From Rhynchobatus australiae (Eukaryota): a stretch of 64,000 nt of DNA. Positions 52,491 to 64,000 of this stretch are shown piece after piece. How positions within the stretch are numbered: the first letter of the stretch is position 1; each line of letters begins with the position of its first letter. The notes under the pieces are model-generated. The model had not been told where the DNA came from. It saw only the letters and a program-made list of their open reading frames with translations, and ran no database searches. Position numbers and translations under genes: made by a program. The stretch lies in assembly GCA_034780895.1 (NCBI GenBank), contig JAUZTB010000107.1, forward strand, positions 81,850,746 through 81,914,745, given 5' to 3'.

Positions 52491-52834
52491 TCTTTGAATG
52501 GGTTGGCTTCATTGTCATCAGTACAAATATGTTTCAGGAACAAGGTTTGCCCTGCAGCAACATGGGCATGTGGGCACATGTNNNNNNNNNNNNNNNNNNN
52601 NNNNNNNNNNNNNNNNNNNNNNNNNNNNNNNNNNNNNNNNNNNNNNNNNNNNNNNNNNNNNNNNNNNNNNNNNNNNNNNNNACATGTGTCAGAGCTGAAA
52701 GGATGCCTGAAATGGTCTGAATTCTGGTTCTGGTTCAGTAAAGCTGTAACAAATTGAGATTTGTTGGTTTTCACTGCAGGATCACCTTTTAAGGGTAAGC
52801 AGATTGTGGTTACACTGCAGTAGTTCATATATAT

Positions 52835-53640
52835 AGTATTTATTTGGATGAGAAGGTAGATGGCTTTATCATTAAGTTTGTGGATAACTTTAGAATCAGG
52901 AGTGTAGTGGACAGTAAAGAAAGTTGTCCAAGGTTACAAAAGGATCTAGATCAACTGGGAAAGTGGGCAAAGGAATTGCAGCTATAATTTAACTTAGACA
53001 AGTGTGAAGAGATGCATTTTGGGAAATTAAGTCGTGGCAAGAGCTCCACAGTAAATAACAGGGTTCTGGGTAGTGTTGTAGAACAGAGAGACCTTGGCGT
53101 GCAAGTGCAGAGCTCTCTGAAAGTGGTGCCACAGGCGGATAGGATGGTGAAGAAGTTGTATGGCATGCTTACCTTCATGGGGCAATGAGTAAGAGAGTGG
53201 GGATGTCATGCTACAGCTGCATGAGATGCTGGTGAAACCGCACCTGGAATATTGTGTGCTGTTCTGATTGCCATACTATCAGAAAGATGTGATTAAATGC
53301 AGAAAAGATTCACAAGGTTGTTACCAGGATTGGAGGGATTCTAAAACCAGAGGGCAGAGGTTAGAGGGGAAAGATTTAAAGAGAACCTGAGGGGTAAGTT
53401 TTTCACACTTACAGAGAGTAGTGGGTATATTGGAAGGAGCTGCAAGAGGAAGTGGTAGAGGTAGGTTCAATTACAACATTTAAAATACATTTGGACAGGT
53501 TCATGGATAGAAAAAGTTGAGCGGGACATGGGCCAAATGCAAGCAAATGCGAATAGCTCAGGAAGGTGTCTCAATTGGCCTGGACAAGTTGGGCTGAAGG
53601 ACTTGTTTATGTGTGATGTAACTCTTTGACTCTATGAATC
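52835..53640 (+). mobile_element. CR1 LINE 3' portion
   Basis: IKFVDN (FADD-like), FNLDKCEEMHFG, EQRDLGVQV, LVKPHLEYCV and the 3' tail gactctatga; internal deletion near 53340. Confidence 0.88.
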
Positions 53641-54409
53641 ATGACTCCATTCTTAGTGCTCGACACAGATCATGTATTTTGCACCCATTAATGCGACTGT
53701 ATATTTGGCAAACACAAATGCTTCTATTATCACTTTTCCAGCATTCCTACATTGAACCCTAATGCAGACTGTTATACACTCATTCACTGTATTTGCTGCA
53801 CTATGTAGCACATTTCCTGCACACCAAGACATCTGTGCAGGGTGCATATGATTATTATTAAAAAGAGTTGACCTCACAGTTATACAGATCAGTTTTCTGT
53901 GCCCTTGCATGCAACGTGGTAATCTGCCAGCACTGTGACCAGACCGGATAATCAGCCAGATGGAGCAATGAGCTATGCATCCTTGAAATGTCTCCAATGT
54001 GAAGGGGCATTTCCAAGATAAATAAAAGTGAAGTAATTCTTACCTTGAATGAAGGGATGTAAAGCTATGTTTCCCCAATGTTATATGAAGGGTTGTCAAT
54101 GTAAATCTCATTCATGTAAAAAGGTTAAATAATAGTAAGTGAACTGTAGCAGCAAGTGGAGCTATAATTGAATCTAACTGAAATGGAACTTTAAGCAAAT
54201 TTGGGGCTTGGTATAATGATGAGTGAAGCTGATAAGGCAAGAGTTCAGCCCTCCCAGGGAATGTTAGCTTTAGCCATGAGAAATCTGCAGAGTAAACGTT
54301 TGTTTTCCCTACAGGCTGTCTTGTGTCTTTTGGTACATGGGAAGTATTCAGTAAAGTAGAAACAAAAGCAAGTTAAAATCTATGGGTACAAAATAGGGTA
54401 ATCAATCCC

Positions 54410-54912
54410 TCCATCTTTGTCTATTTTGACCCTTTCATTTTGTTATGATATCCCTTATATATGGTCTCCTCCCCCTCCTGTCACCTACCCACTCCACCTC
54501 CCTTATTTGGTTCACCTTCCTTTGCTATCATATTCTGTCATCAGCAGCCCTTTGTTGCCTCCACCTTTCACCTCACAGCCTCTGTCACTATTTCCCACTC
54601 TTCCCTTCTCCATCGTCCTTTCACCCCTCCTCACCTGGATCCACCTAATGCTTGCTGGCTCTTGCTTCACCCCTTCCCCTCACCTCTTTATACTGGCCAT
54701 CTCCCTTTATCTCTCAGNNNNNNNNNNNNNNNNNNNNNNNNNNNNNNNNNNNNNNNNNNNNNNNNNNNNNNNNNNNNNNNNNNNNNNNNNNNNNNNNNNN
54801 NNNNNNNNNNNNNNNNNCTCTTGCTTCACCCCTTCCCCTCACCTCTTTATACTGGCCATCGCCCTTTATCTCTCAGTCCATCTGAAAGGTCTCCATCTGA
54901 AGTGTTGACCGT
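54410..54912 (+). mobile_element. Penelope-type pyrimidine-rich 3' region with decayed hammerhead motif
   Basis: C/T-rich tail ending tctcagtccatctgaaaggtctccatctGAAGtgttgac; homologous to the minus strand of 16575-16960. Confidence 0.62.
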
Positions 54913-55090
54913 CCGCCTTGTGGTTTTGTTTGATTTTATGACTAATTGAACCTATTCACAGCAGTGCTAGATCTGACCTGGGAATTTTGCTCAAAGCTAG
55001 TAGTGGCTTGAATGTGCTTCATGACAAATAAAGTTTGGATGTAGTTGAAATAGAGTATAGAGGAATCTCAATGTTTCTCAGTCTCAAAAA

Positions 55091-55133
55091 TCTCAATCTC
55101 ATTGAAGTTCTCAATCTCATTGAAGTTCTCAAT
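55091..55133. repeat. 18-bp tandem duplication
   Basis: tctcaatctcattgaagt twice plus a partial third copy. Confidence 0.85.
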
Positions 55134-58100
55134 GTTTCTTTCTCACACCTCCCAGTAGTTGAGTCTGAATTTAATCCACCTCAGTTATTCATTAGGTATA
55201 TACAATCAGTAGCTGAGTTGAGCAGGCCTGGAATCTTTCCCTGTAATTAAACCCAGTTGAAGGGCAGCAGCAACGCCAAAGGTGAATTGGTGCCCCTTGG
55301 GTTTGGGGGATGGTGGGGGAGTGGAGAAGGGATCAGCACATCTTCCTACACCTGTTGGCTTTGCAGTTGGCTTTTCAGTGACCCAATCTTCCATTTGTCT
55401 TTGCTGACAAACTACATGAGAATGCCCAAGGCTGACCACAGTTCATCTGTCCCATGATAATGGCCCCAACATTGAGTGTGCCTTGCCATTCCAGTGCAGG
55501 GATTAACTCCAGCCGCTTGAATTTCTAAACTGATTCTTTTCTCATGCTCACTGCCAAGAACCATTCCCATAAATGAGCCCATTTCCTGCGAATCAAAGTG
55601 CAACCTTGCATAAAATTATCTGAAAATTGTGCGGATAAATTGGACAAAAAGACAATCTCGGGAAGTATTTGTATTTTCACCGCATAATAATTAACCCATT
55701 GTTCAAGCACCACCACTGTGTTCTTGTTTATTTAAGGGAACAATGTTTAGATTTGCCATCTGTCTGTTTATAGTATTCATCAATTCTATCCTGTGAGTTT
55801 CTGCTTGGCTGTGTGGAGCACTGAGTGTTAAATTTCTAGCTGTAACCATGCTTTTTCTGCTTGGAATGATACAACTCATTAAGCAACAAGTGTNNNNNNN
55901 NNNNNNNNNNNNNNNNNNNNNNNNNNNNNNNNNNNNNNNNNNNNNNNNNNNNNNNNNNNNNNNNNNNNNNNNNNNNNNNNNNNNNNNNNNNNNTGCTCCG
56001 TATCAACAAAACACACATGCTCACTTGCTGTCTTGCTTCCTTCGTATCTTGCTTATCTTTCAGGCCTTTTATAGCATCCTGGTTCCTCATTCTAAAGTTA
56101 ATGGAGTGTGAGCCAAGGCAGTTAAACAAATTGTTATTCCTTGAATGATGGCGTTGATTGTTGATTTTTTTTTAAAGAAAAGTCTAGAACTGTCACTGTA
56201 ATTCACTTCATAAAGAATGTTTCCATAAACTTTGCAATGCTGGTATTTTTATTCAGAGCCAACTGGTTCAGATCAGGTACCGATATTGCCAAATCGTTTG
56301 ATTATGTGGTCTAAAAATTGAGAAACCATGAGAATTAGAAAAATGTAGAAGGAGAGAAAATTAGAAATAAGATCAGGCATGGTAATAAAATTTGCTGCTC
56401 ATTTCTTGCAACCACATTCAGGATCCTGGAAATGAGTTCCAAGCTGAAATATAAAGTTTAAGCTGTCAATCAAAACAGATCAACAATTTATCATAAATTT
56501 TAATATGTTAACTGAAAGATAGTATATTTCATTTTGCTGTGCTGCCTTCTAGGTGTCCAGTATGGGCCATGATGTGTGAATAGAATAAACACATTGGGAC
56601 TGCACATTCAATGCCATAATCAATCACTGTATAAAACCCAAATCACAATACCAATTAGATATTTGTTCTTTCCTACCATTGTGCAAAGGTATTATTTAGC
56701 CTAATGCAACAGCTTATTCAGTGGAGAAGATAGAAATAGCCAGACAATAAAATTCTGCTTTAAGGGTATCAATTCCATATTTCTTTTAAAAATATAATTT
56801 ACTCCCTCAAAGCAAAATTTGCTTGTTGAACAAAATTTCAGTCTTGCTTTATCACTGTTGGAAGGAAATACTGTTGGGATTAAGTGCATTCAACAATTAC
56901 TGAATTCATTACAAAAAGGGTTACATGTTGTACTTAATGAAAACAATAGAGATCTCCAGTTTCATTTCATTTCTTTCAGCTGCTCTCAGTTCTCTACCTG
57001 AGAAGGCAGGAATCCATAGGGTGAATCTTTGATTTTCCGAAACTGTAGAAATAATAAAACGAAAAGAAATCTGGAATTGGAATGCCACTTATAATGCCTC
57101 CTTTCAAAGAAAAACCTTGCTCTTGGATCATACCTAACCCCAGGACTCTGACTGTGTCATGTTCTATGTACGTTTAAGTAATCATCATATCTTCAATTAT
57201 TTGTTATCTATCAGGATCAATGGGCATTAATGGAAAGATGAACATTTATTATCATCCCCAATTATCCCTGAGAAAGTGGTGCTAAACCACAATGCTCCTA
57301 CTTTAACATGACGATTTGATGCATCTGAATGGCTTGTTAGGTCTTTGAAGAGTGCTTGACGCTCAATCATATTACTGTGGGTCCAGGGTCTCCTATAGAC
57401 CAGATAAGGACAGCAGTGTTTATGGTAGTTCCAATTACTGAGATAGTTTTGTTTTAAAGTAGAACAATGATGNNNNNNNNNNNNNNNNNNNNNNNNNNNN
57501 NNNNCTGGGCACTTGCTATACCACAATGTACCAAGGGGTTTTGAACAAGTTACGTCAGTGTCCAGGGAAAGGAACAAACCACTGGTGAGGGAATGGGTTT
57601 TGTGGAGGGACCATAGGCAATGGTTTTGGACTTTCCAAACATTACTCCGAGGAAACTCTGACCTGTCAAGAACTGGTTTTTAGACAGTGGCAAGATTGTG
57701 GAACATTATGGTCACATTTCCAGGTAAATATCAATAAACTAGCTCAGTGCATTGGAATTGGTTTATTACTGTCAGATGTACTGAGGAACAGTGAAAAGCT
57801 TGTCTTGCATACCACTCATATGGATCTATTGGAATAGTATTCATATTGATTCCCATGTTAAAACTGATTTACTCCTGCACTTGTAACATTCATTTATCTA
57901 CCACATCTGAAAAGCACTTACTAATGGACTGGATCGTGCTGGAATGAACCTGCTGCTTGAGAATGCAGCCTGTGGTTTCTACAATCAGTATATACCTGAA
58001 CTGGATACAGAGACCACTGGGGCCTTGGGCAGTGTTCAAGATATATGTTTCACTGTCCTTGATGGAATGTGGAACTGTCCTCTGTCACAGATGTCCCTGA

Positions 58101-58439
58101 CATCAAGAAATATTTAAAAATTGTTAAAATTGAAGTCTACGGTTGTAAAAAATTAAAATAAAAAACTTATTTAAAACATTTCCCTTTTTAAAGAAATGTT
58201 ACTTATCTTTTCCTTTGCCTCCTAAAGCTGTGTTCTTCAACCCCACATTGAAATTAAGAGAACCTCAGATCCTGTGCCAGGTCTGACAAGTGCAGGATCT
58301 GTGGCTAGGGAATCCTAGCAAGACTGGGCCTTGCTTTTGGACCAACTGAGAGACCCAGCCCTCCCAAGTCTGACAGTAAGTCCGAGACTCCTGTGGGTCA
58401 CTGCATATCTGCTGAAATCCACTTCCGAATGCAACATCA

Positions 58440-58560
58440 AAATTCCACAAATGCTGCAAATCTGAAATAAAGTCTTAGTGAAAGGTCATTTTCTTGAAAC
58501 TGTTTCTTTTTCCACTGATGCTGCCTGACCTGAGCACTCCTAGTGTTTTAAGCATTTTTT
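58440..58560. mobile_element. Old Penelope-derived fragment
   Basis: cacaaatgctgcaaatctgaaataaa followed by gtgaaaggtcattttcttGAAAc...gatgctgcctgacctgagc. Confidence 0.5.
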
Positions 58561-60619
58561 TTTCATTAGACTGAAAGTTTTACATGAAATAGGAAAAAGA
58601 GCTAAAAACTAATCATCTTGTACTTCACAAAACTGGTAACACTGAACATGTTGTAAATTTCATAAATTTACTATGAATCATTCATGTTGCACTGGCATTA
58701 CACCCATTCAGCAGGTACATTTTTAGTTGGCCCGAAACATTGCAATGAATTTTGTTTTTTAACAAGTGTCTGCCTGAACAACAAAGGAAATCTCTTTTTT
58801 TTATAATAGCATCTATTTTAAATAACCACTTTACACCCTTTTTTTGGTTTATTATTAAGTAGTACTTATTCAGGCAATGTGTGGTTTGATAGTCAAATTT
58901 GCAATGGGAAAGTCAGTGAGCATCTGAGGCAAACTGAAATCATTTTGAAGTATAATTTCTGTAATTCCATAGCAAGGTTCTATTTAGCGAATGCATGCTG
59001 ACTGTAGAAACAGAGGCATTGTAAAAGCCAACAATGACATCAGTGTTTAATTGGTTCTTCTGCACAGTTGGTTCATGTTAGTACATACACTGGAGCATGA
59101 ACTGTAAGTTTGGTGCATACCTTAGGGCTGTGTACTCATTGTTAGTGATCCTCAATGAATGGCAAATTGCTGCTGAGGACAAGATTTAAATAACTTGACA
59201 CTCTGTGTAGTTGTCATAGGAACAGGTACCAGGATTGTAGTGTAAATTGGAAGATATTCCAAGTATTCAGAGCCAAGGGAGGATCGTTCAATTAAGGTAT
59301 GTTTTTAATGATTTGAGAGTGCTTTGTTGATAACCAGACCATAGATTTTTGAATTATCAAAACAGCAGTGAGAGGGCAGAATACAAAAATGAACTCATTA
59401 AATTAATTTCACACTTGAGATTATTGATGAAGTACAAGGGATTGACGGGTCATTTTTACCACAATGAATAAAGTGAGGTCTATGTTAGAAAAGTGGGTGA
59501 ATGAAGGCCCATGCATTAGAAAGAATCCTATGTAACATTTCTAGATAACATGCAAAATTATTTTGTAATAAAGCTAGCATGTAAAACTAGTGCTGACTGA
59601 GCCCAGAGACGAGGCAGTACAGCCAGAATATTTAAGTAAATTGCAAAATTGTTATTGTTATAAAGGACAAAGCTCAGGTTTTTCAAGCCTGGCTCTGGTA
59701 TCTGGATAACATCATATGTGCAGAGCATTTGGCAGCTAATGAAAACTTTGTTCTAATTAACCTAGGTGCAAAATATTTAAAGGGTATGTTGAAACAAAAA
59801 ACTCCCTATTCAATTCATGAGACTTGTTCACACAACTGACAGATTTTTATTATGTTGTACTTGTCACAGACTTAGGAGTTGGTTAATAAATTGAGATAAT
59901 AACTGACAATTGGTATCCTCAGAGGACTGATCAATTCCACTTTGCCTATCTACTCCCTGCAATCTTCCAGCAGGTTGTAGGCCAGATTCTGCAACCAGAC
60001 TACATTAACTGCTGCTTAGATAGAAATCTAATCATCATAAATCAGGAAAGGAACACTTGAGGACATTAAAGGAAATTCTGACTTCCCTGAAAGAACAATA
60101 TATCTTGGTAAGCTGTTCAGAATGTTATGATTTTCTTCAGCAGAATGTAAAATATCAGGATACATATCTATAGGTTTACAGAGGAGCACAATGTAGAAAA
60201 CTGACTAAACAGCAAAACCACAAGGTATCTAAGCTTATCTTTTTCAAATAATTGAATGATAAAACCTCTGCAGCCACTTGTGGGCTAACTAAGTTAAATC
60301 CTGTACAAATGATCAACAATGAGCAAGGTAGCACACATTAGATAAGTTCAATTACTTCACAGAATGGAAAATAGTACACAATATGTGCGTAGCATGTAGC
60401 ATTGTGTACAGGTTGTGGTGATGCAGTGGTGGTGTCAATGGACCTGCATACATAAGGCAGAGCTCTTGTGCTATGATTGTGGACAAATTCCAATCTAGAG
60501 TTCATCCAGAGAAATCATGGGCAATGCTCTTCATCATTATTCTTTGCATCAGCCAGAAATGTGATTTTTTTTTTGAAATGGAGAAGAAAATGATATGGGG
60601 GAGAAAACAGAATGGTGGG

Positions 60620-60940
60620 ATATTCATAATCAGGATGTGGATGCTGTTGCCAAAGCCAGCATTTATTGTCTGTCCCTAATGAACCCCAAGAATCAGCTAC
60701 ATGGTAGATCTGGAGACACTTAGAAGCAAGAGCAAGTAAAGAAGGCAGATTTCCAGGTGGAATTTTAATATAATCCAATACATTTGTGCTGAATGTTACT
60801 GAAATCACCTATCTTTAAAATTAAATTTCTGTTTTATTTGGTTACTTGATTTTAAACTCCTTATTGGGATTTGAACTAGCTTCTCTGGATCAGTGGTCCA
60901 GAACTCTGGCTGTTAGCCAATAACAACTACCATGCAACTT
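60620..60940 (-). mobile_element. Old tRNA-derived SINE, second family
   Basis: ccagcatttattg tail, ggcagatttcc body and gggatttgaac (reverse B box); related to 20768-21108. Confidence 0.5.
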
Positions 60941-63703
60941 TAGACACATGTTGCTTTGATTTCTGGATTATGATGAGACATCCTAAGTTCGAATAGTCCT
61001 CACATGATGGTAATGCAGCGTGAGTGGAACTGCTGCATTGATAAACTTGAAGGGTAAATTTGTCCTCTGCTTTGTTCCATAAACATTATACCACTNNNNC
61101 CACTATAGGGTACGTAACTTTACATTCAAGTTTTATTAAGTTTGGGATATGAGTGTTTAGAAGAAAGACAAATTTAAATTAATGAATTGTCCTATACATA
61201 AATTGACCTTGCTCTACATAAAAAATATCTTCTTGCACTGAAGTCTGCAGCTGCAAAAAGAGGAGGGGTTGAAAAACTTTGCACATGTTTGTGCATTTGC
61301 ATGTGAAAGCTGAAGCCCTCAAAAATGACTCTGGGAAGCAAGCGAGATGAATGATCTGATTCCCAGTGATGGTGGGATCAGAGGGGTTGGTGTTGGTAGA
61401 GTGGAAGGAGGAGTGGAGACTGGGAGGTGGGAGGAAAGCAAATAGAATGCAGAGGGAGGAGGAGAAGCATGTTTACTGCATAGCTTCTTTGGCTTGTAAG
61501 AAATAAATCGTTGTCCAGTTGATGCTGTAAACAGCACTCTGTGCATTGATTCAGTCTTTGGAGTCTTTCAGATGCTGAATTTCCTCTGACCTGGGAAACC
61601 TGGTTGCCCGTGGATGATAATGCATTAATTGTTGTAATGGGACCAGCTCCTGCATCTTAATATTTAAATAACTGGCTCTATTAACTTGAACAGATCTGTT
61701 GCTTGACTTTTGTCTCACTGTTAATAAAATTAGAAGTGATCAATTGAAGTTACCGTTGGAGATTTTATGTTTTAATCTTTGAAACAACCTTAAACTACCA
61801 TTTTAGGAATATAAGATTTATCTAAACTAAATAAAACGAAAACAAAATTTTGCACTTAGTTAAAGAACTAATCACTGACTACGGCTCACAGAAATGGCTT
61901 TTTGTTCAACTTTTAGGTTTTGATCTTCTATTCACTGATTTATAGCTTTCTAAAGTCTGCTTTAGTAAAACCACAAGAAGAAATAAAAACAACCTTATCC
62001 AACATTTATTAATCATTTCATTTCACCTTATCAACACATTAAATGGAGCAGTGGTGGGGGTGGGGGGAAAGATAATATGTTGGAATATATTTGCCAGGAT
62101 AGGGTAAAGGTTTCTCTGAGACCATTTGTAAGGGTGGAACATAAAAATAGTCATCAACGTCTGGAGCAAGGATGTTTGTTCTATAGAACAACAGAAGGAA
62201 GGTGTAGAATTCTTATAAATGATGTATAATATCACCCTACACTTTCCATTAACTAGTTTGAATGTGGAAAAGTGATTTTTAATACCTTTTGAACAAAAGT
62301 TCCATTTCTTGAATGCATTAAAATATCTTCCATTCAATTGCACCTCAACATGAAAATAAAACAATTCAGCAAAGTAGTACTTAAGTCCTCTTTATAGTCA
62401 GTTCATGTTCCTGTAATTTGATTCTTTGCAAAGTTTAATTTGTGAATGGATTCCAAACAACAGTAATTTGGACCTTTTGATTCCTTTATCTGAATGCTTA
62501 ATTACAACATACAGCAATGTTTCCTGCTCTAGACTTCATTCAAATATTTCTTGTCATATATAGCAGAAGAATCTCATTTCTGAAATCCTATACCATTATA
62601 TTATTTCCAACTACAATATTTCCGCAAATTGATTTTACGAAGCATTATATTGAAGTTTTATTGAAAACTTTAATTTCGGATTCCTAAAATTCAATAAATG
62701 ACCCCTTCCCCATTTATTTGTGTGCAATGCATTTGGTTTCCCTCGAATAATGCAAATTTAATACTAACTTTAGCCAATGAAGCAAAAGCTTTCGGCCATT
62801 ACATATTTTGAAAAGGGATTTATAGGCCAAGGCATCAATGTTTAAATCAAAAATGTGTTTGTTTTCTCTCTCAATGCCAAAAACACTAATGTGGTTTCAG
62901 TTCTAAAGGTCTAAAATCCATTTTCTTTAATAGCCTGGGCCTTGTTTTATTGAATACTTTCTCCAAAAGGCCTGGAGGAGTATGTTGCTTGATCAGAAAA
63001 TTGTTTACTGCCTAAAACTGGAAATGGTTGTTNNNNNNNNNNNNNNNNNNNNNNNNNNNNNNNNNNNNNNNNNNNNNNNNNNNNNNNNNNNNNNNNNNNN
63101 NNNNNNNNNNNNNNNNNNNNNNNNNNNNNNNNACTAAAAGCATGAGCAGCAGAGGCTGGGATATGGATATTTTAAGTCATAATTTTAATACAAATCGTAC
63201 GACAGCAGTATAACCATATTCTTTCAGGATGTTAACATATTAGACCGATTGTTCCCTCTAATACTCGCTCAAACAACAAGCGACACTGCCATTTCAAACA
63301 CACAAACTCATATATTTTATTTATTTCTGGATATGTAGCTCTAGTTATTTTTTGGCTCACAGTAGGACACTATGTTCTAATAACTTCCATGAGGTTTTCT
63401 GCTAAAATCTTCAGGGAACTGGTTTGTGAAGTATTGAACTTTGTTGTGCGAGGCAGTCAGTTCCTACAAGATACATGAATAGTCGTTAAAAGATGAGCCA
63501 TTCAAATCACTATCAACACTAATATTAGCAAATACAAGTGTAGTCATTTAACTTTTAAATGAACTTTAACAGGAGCAAATTTCCTGTGCCAATTGTAAAT
63601 ACTAAGAACCTTAGCTAAGGAATGCCTTTGGATACATCGTAATTAAAAGCACGGGCAAAATATTTGCGTCCCATCCCATTTCAGTTTGTGCCATCCCATT
63701 CAT

Positions 63704-64000
63704 GGGCAGCACAATGACACAGCTAGTAGAGCAGCTGCCATGAAACAGTAGAGAGCTAGGTTCAATCCCAACTTCAGTGCTACCTTTGTGAAGTTTGCAC
63801 GTTCTCCCTGTGACTGTGTGGGTTTCTTTTGGGTGCCCTGGTTTTCTCCCATGTCTCAAAGATGAATGGGTTGGTAGGATAATTGGCCACTATAAATTGC
63901 CCCTAGTGTAAAAGTGAGTGGTTGGAGGAGTTAATGAGAATGTGGGGAAAGTAAAAACAAATGGGATCAATGTAAGATTTGCGTAAATGGGTTGTTGATG
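63704..64000 (+). mobile_element. V-SINE (HE1-like), long tail, cut by the window end
   Basis: Colinear with 18757-19105; GGTTCAATCC B box and V-core. Confidence 0.82.

Noticed and set aside
54658-54876. ~60-bp direct repeat flanking a 100-N gap
   Set aside because: Probable scaffolding artefact or haplotype overlap (one mismatch).

Overview
Vertebrate genomic DNA, inferred from the repeat content (CR1 LINEs, V-SINEs, Penelope remnants) to be from a cartilaginous fish. The assembly is fragmented, with many N gaps. Bases 1-16.2 kb hold the 3' half of an EphB3 receptor tyrosine kinase gene on the + strand: second FN3 repeat, transmembrane helix, juxtamembrane region, kinase, SAM domain, the C-terminal PDZ-binding end ...MNQTLPVQV*, and a ~2.2 kb 3' UTR. 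One kinase exon is not visible, one exon runs into a gap, and the first SAM exon is split around a gap. The remaining ~48 kb has no recognisable host gene. It contains decayed CR1/L2 LINEs, V-SINE subfamilies with different tails, older SINEs, a 35-bp minisatellite and candidate conserved enhancers. The most interesting non-genic signal is a dispersed family of Penelope-derived elements, often fold-back, that carry a decayed minimal type-I hammerhead ribozyme motif. Almost all ORF-track entries outside the exons are spurious or repeat-derived.
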